Shown here: positions 39,547-47,827 of the stretch, piece after piece | Layout of the letters: every line of letters begins with the position of its first letter | How positions within the stretch are numbered: position 1 is the first letter of the stretch | DNA from: Candidatus Cloacimonadales bacterium | GTDB taxonomy: Bacteria > Cloacimonadota > Cloacimonadia > Cloacimonadales > JAFGVF01 | Assembly: GCA_963662585.1 (NCBI GenBank) | Contig: OY759729.1 | Span: forward strand, 2,304,001 to 2,368,000 | Reading direction: 5' to 3' | Length of the DNA stretch: 64,000 nt | Translations under genes and position numbers: made by a program | The notes under the pieces: model-generated | The model's input: the letters and a program-made list of their open reading frames with translations, nothing else | Database searches by the model: none | What the model was told of the DNA's origin: nothing

Positions 39547-41010
39547 ATGATTAATCATTCAATTCGTACTCGTTTAACAATATATTTCGCTTCAATAGTT
39601 GCAATAATTCTTCTTCTGTTTGATCTTCTAATCATATTGAGTTTTAGGGACAATCTATTAGATAATATTGAATCTTCACTATTAAGCAGTTGTTCGGTTA
39701 TTACAGGAGAGATTTTTAAGCAGGATATATCAGGGAAACTCATTGAAGAAGATAGTGAATATGAAGATGAAATATCTAAGATCTCCGAGCTTTTCCCTGT
39801 GGAAATAGCAGAATTAATAGAATCAATGGGGCATTTCGCACAGCTACTCGATGTTCAGAATCCTGCGAAACCTGTTATCATTGCCAGAGCACATTTGAAT
39901 GAAAATATTAATATACCATATAACCCAGAGTTGGTGCAGAAAATTATAGGAAGCAAATCATCCAAGGATAAATATTTCTTCAAAAAATCACAGGAATTAA
40001 TGCTGGTCAACCTCTACATTTTGGATCATCTGGGAAATAAATTTGTATTACAAATTGCAGAAACCACCGTTAATTTTAAAAATGATTTAAAGTGGATTTT
40101 TACAAGTTTATTGATAGCTTCACCACTTTTTTTACTCATCCTTTCCATATTTGGGTATTTTATGATAAAAACTGCCTTCAAGCCTGTCACCAATATTGTG
40201 GAAGATGTAAATAAGATTACAGCCAAAGATCTTAGTTTACGGATAAAATCAATGAGCGGAAAAGATGAGATTGGGAAATTAATTGATACTTTCAATAATC
40301 TTATTGAACGCTTAGAAAGATCATTCAATTTAACAAAACAGTTTTCTATTGATGTATCCCACGAGCTCAAAACACCCTTAACCGTTTTAAGAGGAGAGAT
40401 AGAGGTGATCCTGCGTCACTCTAGGTCGAAGGAAGAATATGTAAGAACATTAAATAGCCTAGTAGAAGAAGTGATCAAATTGCAGGCAATCATTGATAAT
40501 CTGCTTCTTCTGGCAAACCTGGATGCATCCCGCAGACTGCCAGAATTTGAAGATGTAGATCTGAATGAACTTATATTAGAAACATTTGAAGATCTGCATT
40601 GGCTTGCTACCCAGAAAAATCAGAATATTGAGATTAGAGAAATACCTTCTATCAGCATTCATGGAGATAAGACGCTTCTCATCAGGCTATTCAGCAATAT
40701 TCTGGAAAATGCAATTAAATATTCTCCCAGAAACGGAAAAATCAGGATTTTCTGTAATATATCAAAAGACTCCATGGAAATCAATGTGCAAGATAGCGGA
40801 CCCGGAATAAGCAAAGAATATCATACCAAAATTTTTGAGAGGTTTTTCCGTATCGATGATTTATATGAGCCCACCAAATCCAAAAGCTCTGGCTTAGGGC
40901 TAGCTTTAGCAAAGAAGATAGCTGACCTGCATAATATTACCATCAAACTGAAAAATTCATCTCCTCAGGGCTGCATTTTTTCTTTATCAGCTCCTTTTAA
41001 ATATGATTAA
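39547..41010 (+). CDS. HAMP-domain sensor histidine kinase
   Basis: Two TMs, HAMP, SHELKTPL, NILENAIKYS, DSGPGI, GLGLALA. Confidence 0.93.
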   Translation: MINHSIRTRLTIYFASIVAIILLLFDLLIILSFRDNLLDNIESSLLSSCSVITGEIFKQDISGKLIEEDSEYEDEISKISELFPVEIAELIESMGHFAQLLDVQNPAKPVIIARAHLNENINIPYNPELVQKIIGSKSSKDKYFFKKSQELMLVNLYILDHLGNKFVLQIAETTVNFKNDLKWIFTSLLIASPLFLLILSIFGYFMIKTAFKPVTNIVEDVNKITAKDLSLRIKSMSGKDEIGKLIDTFNNLIERLERSFNLTKQFSIDVSHELKTPLTVLRGEIEVILRHSRSKEEYVRTLNSLVEEVIKLQAIIDNLLLLANLDASRRLPEFEDVDLNELILETFEDLHWLATQKNQNIEIREIPSISIHGDKTLLIRLFSNILENAIKYSPRNGKIRIFCNISKDSMEINVQDSGPGISKEYHTKIFERFFRIDDLYEPTKSKSSGLGLALAKKIADLHNITIKLKNSSPQGCIFSLSAPFKYD

Positions 41011-41441
41011 GAAACTTTAATATAAATATATGATGAAATTTTCATTTTAACGCTTTTATAACAATAATATAGCTTTGTTATCAAATTATACTAAACATAA
41101 TATTAATAATATATCTGTTATTGTTAATAGAATTTTAGAAATAAGTATTTTAATAGTAAGTGTTTGAGTAGAATAGGGACAGTATAACCATGTCTCTATT
41201 TGAAATGTAAAAAGTTGGCATACCCCCATTTTTTTATGAAAAAATGATCCGTAGTTGTAGCTTGTTATGATATTCCCTCTTGTGTGGTAAATTTTATTCA
41301 TTTTAGTGTTATTAAATATAGTTTTATAATTCTACTCAGTTTTAACAGGATTTTTATTTATAGTCGTCTCTTTCACAACTTACACTTCCTTAGCTTGGAA
41401 GAGAGAAAAAAAGATAGAGACTTTTAGTATAGCAAATTACC

Positions 41442-41756
41442 AAGGTCTCGCTCCCTGCTCAGATCAACAATCTAAAACCGATGTCTCACTTGAGACGGCG
41501 AGATCTCGGTGGCTTTTTTCGAATCCCAAACCCACAACTAGCTACTAAGATAAAGACATACAGTAGAATAGCATCATGACTATGTCCCCAAATAACCTTT
41601 AAAACTAGCAGAGAAATTGTAAAAAATACCTGCAAAAGCTGTTAAATAGGAAATTTTGAGACATCGGTTGAGACAGCGTGTAAATAACTAATAAATAGCA
41701 CTTTATAAGAAGCTCCTATAGATATCTCACATGGAAAACTTGGCTGTCACTTTTTA
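41442..41756 (+). repeat. Repeat R1 copy D (right border of island)
   Basis: Central part matches copy B; ends atggaaaacttggctgtcacttttta. Confidence 0.92.
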
Positions 41757-41954
41757 TCCACTTTTATTCATGATTTTAATTTTGATACATTATTGAGAAT
41801 TTTCCCATTACAGAGGCTTTTTAAGAGAAAAAAGTTCTTGCATAATTAAGCAAATCACAGTTAACCTATTTTTATTATTTGCCAAATAGCTTGATAGCTT
41901 TATACTAATTAATATGAAGTTAAAAAAAATTAATCTGTGTTTCGGGAGGAACGA

Positions 41955-43460
41955 ATGAAAAGAAATTTCTTTATTTTATTAATATTAGTAACAATAGGCA
42001 TGTTATTTGCTACTAATGGTATGAATATGATAGGTTACGGCCCAAGATCATCAGCTATGGGTGGATTTAGTTTAGGATTGTTAGATGATGCAAATTCAGT
42101 AAATACAAATCCTGCTGCTATTTCATTTTTGGAAGATAAGCAATTAGAATTAAATCTGGGCTTACTGATTCCTAAAGTAAACTTCAAAAATTCCTTAAAT
42201 GATGTGGAAGGAGAAAGTGAAATCTTCCCATTACCAAATTTCTCTTATGTTCATGGAAGAAATTGCAAATATACATTTGGACTTGGTGTTTACTCTCAAG
42301 GTGGAATGGGCGCAACATACAAAGATGTAAAACATGATGTTTTCAGACAGTATGATATGGATCCAATGACACAAGACGATGCTTATATCAGTGATTTAGA
42401 ATATCATTCTATGATTGCTTATTTCAAAGTTATGCCTACTTTTGCATATCAGATTAATCCACAATTCTCAGTAGGTATATCTCCAAGCTTTGGTTATGCT
42501 ATGATGGAAATGAAAATGCCTTATTCAATCGCACCTTCAGAGATGAAGGGTCTTGCTCAACCAGGCATGACCTTTGGCGATATGTTTGGTATGCCAATGG
42601 ATCAAGGTGGACTTGGTTATGAAGAAGTTACAGCTTATGCTGATTTAGGTGATGGTGCTACAGCAATGGGATTTGGTGCAAGAATCGGTGCATCTTATAT
42701 GGTAAACGAGGATTTATCTTTAGGTTTTACCTATAGCTCAAAATCAACACTTACTTTGGAAGGTGATGCTTCTATGGATATGACAGCACAATTCGGACAA
42801 GCTTATGAACGCATGGTTGGTGGTGCAATGCAACAAGGTGCTCCTGATCTTGCCACAGCTCAACAAATGGTAGGTCAACAATTAGCAGGAATGGGAATTG
42901 ATATGTCTCTTGGTATGATTTCAGATTATGATGCTGAAATCGAAATGTCATGGCCTCAAGAGTTAGGTATTGGTTTTGCCTACAATGCTACACCTAGATT
43001 ACTTCTTGGTGCTGATGTGAAATGGATTGGTTGGAAAGACTCTATGGAAGAGTTTAAGATGAAATTTAAAAATGGAAATAACCAAAATATAAATACTATG
43101 ATGGGTTCAGAAGATTTAGAACTTTCGATGCCAATGGAATGGGATGACCAAATTGTGATTGCTTTAGGTGCTGAATTTGCTGTTAATCCTATGTTAGATC
43201 TTAGAGCTGGATATAATTTTGGCAACAATCCTGTTCCAGAAGAAACTGTAATTCCAATTTTCCCAGCAGTTGTTGAAAATCATATAACTATGGGTTTAGG
43301 TCTAAATCTTAATCCTAGATTATCACTTGATATGGCTTATGAGTTGAATTTAAAGAAAGAACTTGAAGTTGATATAAGTAAGATTGCTAATGAATACAAT
43401 CAAAGTACAAGTTCACTTTCAGAAAATGTTTTCCATTTTGGTGTTTCTTATAAACTATAA
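41955..43460 (+). CDS. OmpP1/FadL/TodX family outer-membrane transport protein
   Basis: ATNGMNMIGYGPRSSAMGG...NPAA hatch; LRAGYN; C-terminal FGVSYKL. Start after GGAGG. Confidence 0.88.
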   Translation: MKRNFFILLILVTIGMLFATNGMNMIGYGPRSSAMGGFSLGLLDDANSVNTNPAAISFLEDKQLELNLGLLIPKVNFKNSLNDVEGESEIFPLPNFSYVHGRNCKYTFGLGVYSQGGMGATYKDVKHDVFRQYDMDPMTQDDAYISDLEYHSMIAYFKVMPTFAYQINPQFSVGISPSFGYAMMEMKMPYSIAPSEMKGLAQPGMTFGDMFGMPMDQGGLGYEEVTAYADLGDGATAMGFGARIGASYMVNEDLSLGFTYSSKSTLTLEGDASMDMTAQFGQAYERMVGGAMQQGAPDLATAQQMVGQQLAGMGIDMSLGMISDYDAEIEMSWPQELGIGFAYNATPRLLLGADVKWIGWKDSMEEFKMKFKNGNNQNINTMMGSEDLELSMPMEWDDQIVIALGAEFAVNPMLDLRAGYNFGNNPVPEETVIPIFPAVVENHITMGLGLNLNPRLSLDMAYELNLKKELEVDISKIANEYNQSTSSLSENVFHFGVSYKL

Positions 43461-43481
43461 TTTAAATAATTGATTTTAACG

Positions 43482-43517
43482 GAAAAAAAGGAAGTTCTTA
43501 GGAATTTCCTTTTTTTC
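43482..43517 (+). terminator. Intrinsic terminator; target of intron copy 2
   Basis: gaaaaaaaggaagttc-ttag-gaatttcctttttttc directly before the intron 5' end. Confidence 0.88.
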
Positions 43518-45628
43518 GTTTGCCCAGAATGTTATCTGAGCCGATGGACTGAAAGAAGTCCTGACACCCAACTGACAGGAAGTCAATCTGAGGTCAAGGG
43601 CGTTGCTGGCAACGGCAGGGTCTGAAGTAAGACGCAGGAAGAATGTGGAACATAGCGAAAGTAAACTGATTTTGGTTCATGTAGTGGGTAACTCTTCGAA
43701 AAGTGAGAACGCCCAAAAGTCAGTCGATTACATGGATTACAACAGATGGATTTACATTCAGGCAGGATAGCTTAACTGGGGAAGCCTGTTAATGTCTCTA
43801 ATAGAGTAACTATGACTACAAGCTGAAAGGCAAGAGTTGTATTAAGCATAAGCAGGTGGCAGATGATTCCGTAGTAGTGACTAACCCTTTGCCTATGAAA
43901 GCTGGTGACAGACTGGAGGATAAAACAGAGGGGACAATATTCTTAGTAATATTGGGGGATATTTTTCAAAAGGAAATATCTCATGTGAAGGGATGAAGAT
44001 AAACCAAAGAATAAACATAATTAAAGAGATATTTTCTTAAAAGTAGGAAACGAAGAGAATCGAAAGATTCAAGGCTCGGATAGACGGTGGTGAGTACCTT
44101 CTTTCTATCATGACCTTACGAGACTGAGTAGATGAAGTTAAAAAAAGGATAATAGTCAAAACCTATAAAATCTTTGATAGATTGCTTTATGCTAAAAACT
44201 TCGAAGGTCTTCATTGAATTAACTGTCATTTGAAAGTATAATTTAAACATTGTTTATTGTGAAAAAGGAGAAACTAAATGAAAAAGTGGTACAGTTTAAT
44301 TGATAAAGTTTACTCAAAAGGTAATCTCTATGAATCTTTCCTAAAGGTAAAGAAAAATAGAGGTGCAGAAGGTATAGATAATATTACTATATCTAAGTTT
44401 GGTGAGACTCTACAAGAGAACTTAGAGCAGATTCATTTAGAATTGAAAAGTGGGAAGTATATCCCATCACCTGTGAAACGGGTAGAGATACCTAAAGGAA
44501 ATGGTAAGATGAGGCCATTAGGAATACCTACTGTAAAAGATAGAATCGTACAGCAGGCAATAAATAACATCATCCAACCAATTTTTGAACCTGATTTTCA
44601 TCCACAAAGCTATGGCTACCGTCCCAACAAAAGTTGTCAAAAGGCAGTGGCTAAAGCACATATATTAATGGTTCAGGAAGAGCTTCCTTTTGTAGTGGAT
44701 ATGGATTTATCAAAATGTTTTGATACATTAAATCATAAATTCATAATGCAATCATTAAATAGGAAAATAAGTGACGGAACATTATTAAAGTTGATAGAGA
44801 AAATCTTAAAGTCTGGTGTTATGCAAGAAGGGAAGTATAGCGAAACTGAAGTAGGAAGTCCACAAGGAGGGGTAATCTCTCCACTTCTTATGAACATATA
44901 TCTTGATAGTTTTGACCAAGAAATGAAAAGTCGAGGAATCGAGATAGTACGCTATGCTGATGACATTTTACTTTTTGCTAAGACTAAGAAAAAAGCAGAA
45001 CAATATCAACGAATTGCGGTAGAATATCTAAACTCAATTTATCTCATCGTAAATGAAGAAAAGACACATATTGCGAGTGTATTTAAAGGAGTCAAGTATC
45101 TTGGCTTCGAAATACATGAATCATATGTAAAGATAGAGGATAAAAGAGTAAAAGCGTTCAAAGATAAGATTCGGTCACTGACTCCACGGAATAGCGGAAT
45201 TAATGTCCAGACAATGATTAAAAGACTTAATCCGATATTGAGAGGTTGGTCGAATTACTTTAGGGTGGCAAATTGCAAAGGAGTCTTTCAGTCTCTATTA
45301 TCATGGATAAGGCGGCGACTAAGAATGAAGAAAATGCGGGAATGGAAAAGTTGGAAAGCTTTTCACCAACAACTTAGAAGAGTTGGGCATAAAAGTGATT
45401 TTCCGAAAATATCTATGACACATTGGAAGAATTCTGGTTGTTATCATATTCATAGAGCTTTACCTAATGAATGGTTTGAGCAATTAGGGCTATATGACTT
45501 ACTATCGAAACCTACAAGTGTTTTATTTAATTATTATGAATAATTACAAGGTTTATCAGGAGCCGTGTACGAGTCCCGTACGCACGGTTCTGTGAGAGGG
45601 ATGGTGCTAACGCACCACCCTACTCGAT
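43518..45628 (+). mobile_element. Group II intron, class C-like, copy 2 (2111 nt)
   Basis: Direct repeat of 19287-21397 at offset 24231. Confidence 0.93.
44278..45543 (+). CDS. ltrA: Group II intron reverse transcriptase/maturase
   Basis: Same as 20047-21312 except one residue (EIHEAY vs EIHESY; G20890 vs T45121). Confidence 0.95.
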   Translation: MKKWYSLIDKVYSKGNLYESFLKVKKNRGAEGIDNITISKFGETLQENLEQIHLELKSGKYIPSPVKRVEIPKGNGKMRPLGIPTVKDRIVQQAINNIIQPIFEPDFHPQSYGYRPNKSCQKAVAKAHILMVQEELPFVVDMDLSKCFDTLNHKFIMQSLNRKISDGTLLKLIEKILKSGVMQEGKYSETEVGSPQGGVISPLLMNIYLDSFDQEMKSRGIEIVRYADDILLFAKTKKKAEQYQRIAVEYLNSIYLIVNEEKTHIASVFKGVKYLGFEIHESYVKIEDKRVKAFKDKIRSLTPRNSGINVQTMIKRLNPILRGWSNYFRVANCKGVFQSLLSWIRRRLRMKKMREWKSWKAFHQQLRRVGHKSDFPKISMTHWKNSGCYHIHRALPNEWFEQLGLYDLLSKPTSVLFNYYE

Positions 45629-45717
45629 TTTGCTTTATAGGAAAAGACTAACTATAATATAATTACTAATCTTTCCGACACCTAAGTTATTGCAAATAAA
45701 CTACTAATTTGCACATC

Positions 45718-45807
45718 ATAGCGACTTCCGACAGACAAATTTCTTCGTCCGAAGTCCCTTGCCTACGGCTGAGGAAGTCCGGTCTTCAGGGTGTCCACTA
45801 TCCGACA
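45718..45807 (+). repeat. ~90-bp inverted repeat, left arm
   Basis: First 59 bp are the exact reverse complement of 50728-50786. Confidence 0.9.
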
Positions 45808-45974
45808 GAGAGATGTTCAAACCTTTAGAGTGGATATTTATAATTTAAATTTATCAAAATAAGCTTTTTTTCTTGACTATTAAAATTTACAAATTATTAA
45901 TGTATTTTAAGAAAAAAAAAGAGTATAAGCAGTGGTAAGAACAAGGATATGATGCTTCAAATTTAGGAGTTTTA

Positions 45975-47783
45975 ATGAAATATATAGTGGTTATTATATT
46001 TTTAATCAGCACAATAATGTTATCAGGTTTGGCTATAGATGAGGAATTAGAACAGGCTCGAGGAAGATTTGGTCAGATTATAGTAGGACGAGGAGAGGCT
46101 GAATCTGAGCTAGAAGCTGATAGGATTGCCTTGCAAGATTTAACATCCCAAATTCTGGTAACAGTCCAGGGTAGTTTTAAGAATATTGCTAAAGAGGATG
46201 GAGTAACAGTTGAAGAGTATTGTGAAAAAGTCGTAACTACCTATAGCAATGTTAAATTGGCAAATGCTATCAAGTTAGTAGAGTCTAAAGGTAAGACTAA
46301 AATAGTTTACCGATATATTACTAACGAAGAAAAGGAGAGGCTTTTTCGTGAGAGAAGGAGTCAAATTCTTAACTTTGTGATTGAGGGAGAGAGAGCTTTA
46401 AAGAAAGATAATATTACTGATGCTTTACGAAATTATTATTGGGCTTTAATTCTCCTAAAATCTCATCCAGATGGAGAGAGTATTAGTTACTTTTGGGGTG
46501 ATGATGAGAGATTGTTACAAATCGCCTTACCCTCAGAGATGGAGAAAATACTCTCTAAAATCAAGATAGAATTGATTAACAGCAAGTCTGAAGCAAACTC
46601 TAATTGTACAGAATTGGTTTTTCAAGTTAGCTATAATAACCAGCCTGTGAATGGTTTATTAATCAACTATCATGATGGCTATCGTTGGTCTCAGCAAACT
46701 AAATGGACAAATGGATTAGAGTATATTAATATAAATAATACAACTTTGAAAAGTCAGAAAAGATTGGTATTCAAAATAGATTATACTTTCGCTAATCACA
46801 GCTTTTGTGAAGAGATTTCAAAGGCGATGAATAGTATTTCTCCTATTACACTACAATATTCTGAAAAGAGCGTAGAGCTAACCAAGAAAGACTTTGCCCT
46901 GCAAAAAAAGAAAAACAATGATTTTACCTATGATTCTAGTGTTAGTAAAATTACTGAATCCATTATTAACGATGTTTTAGATGCTATTTCAACTAAAGAT
47001 TTAGTGCAGGCAAGAAAACATTTCACCTCAAAGGGTTTTCAACAATTTAATGCTCTGATGGGCTATGGAAACGCCGCAATTATTCCCTCTAAGACAACTA
47101 TAAAACAAGCTGAATTTACGGATAATAAGGTTATTAGGTCTATACCAATGAAATTTAGTTTTTCTAGCTCCAAAGAGAATTTCACTGAAAGAGTAAATTT
47201 TATTCTTGATAAAAATGAAAAGATTGATGGGATTAGTTTTGCCCTTTCGCAAGAAGCTTGCTCCGATATCTTAAACAAAGATTTTGCCACTGATGAAGAG
47301 AAAATGCTAATTATAAATTTCGTTGAACAATATAAAACTGCCTACTGTCTAAAAGATATAGATTTTATTCAAAAAGTTTTCTCTAATGATGCTCTAATAA
47401 TCGTGGGAAATGTTGTCCGCACAGAGCCTGATAAATTTAATGATAAGCTGTATGGTCAGCTAAATAAAACAACAGTAGAGTATGTCAAACTAAAAAAAGA
47501 ACAATATGTAGAACGCTTAGCCAAGCAATTTAATAATCAGGAGTTCATTAATATTCGTTTTTCAGATAACTCTATAGATAAAGTGATGTCTGATAATAAT
47601 AAAGTTTTTGGGATTCAAATTGCCCAATACTACTATTCAGCTTCTTACGCTGATGCTGGCTATCTTTTCTTAATGTTCGATTTACATGATATAAAGCACC
47701 CTAAAATAATGGTTAGATCATGGCAACCCGAAAAGAATGAAGATGGATCTATAATTGGTTTAGAAAACTTTTCTTGGGAATAA
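45975..47783 (+). CDS. Exported protein, LPP20-like N-terminus and NTF2-like C-terminus
   Basis: Signal peptide; GRGE...EADRIALQDL..QI.V.V; DALRNYYWAL; YKTAYCLKD..FSNDALIIVG; YADAGYLFL..I.VRSWQP. Confidence 0.7.
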   Translation: MKYIVVIIFLISTIMLSGLAIDEELEQARGRFGQIIVGRGEAESELEADRIALQDLTSQILVTVQGSFKNIAKEDGVTVEEYCEKVVTTYSNVKLANAIKLVESKGKTKIVYRYITNEEKERLFRERRSQILNFVIEGERALKKDNITDALRNYYWALILLKSHPDGESISYFWGDDERLLQIALPSEMEKILSKIKIELINSKSEANSNCTELVFQVSYNNQPVNGLLINYHDGYRWSQQTKWTNGLEYININNTTLKSQKRLVFKIDYTFANHSFCEEISKAMNSISPITLQYSEKSVELTKKDFALQKKKNNDFTYDSSVSKITESIINDVLDAISTKDLVQARKHFTSKGFQQFNALMGYGNAAIIPSKTTIKQAEFTDNKVIRSIPMKFSFSSSKENFTERVNFILDKNEKIDGISFALSQEACSDILNKDFATDEEKMLIINFVEQYKTAYCLKDIDFIQKVFSNDALIIVGNVVRTEPDKFNDKLYGQLNKTTVEYVKLKKEQYVERLAKQFNNQEFINIRFSDNSIDKVMSDNNKVFGIQIAQYYYSASYADAGYLFLMFDLHDIKHPKIMVRSWQPEKNEDGSIIGLENFSWE

Positions 47784-47827
47784 GTGGAAAATAAATAAAA
47801 AAAATATACAAGATTGATGAGGATTAA

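Noticed and set aside
24162..41756. R1 repeats as a CRISPR array or integron attC sites
   Set aside because: Units are ~315 bp separated by kilobases, with no cas or intI gene. I see no RYYYAAC...GTTRRRY boundaries, and modules hold multi-gene cargo in either orientation.
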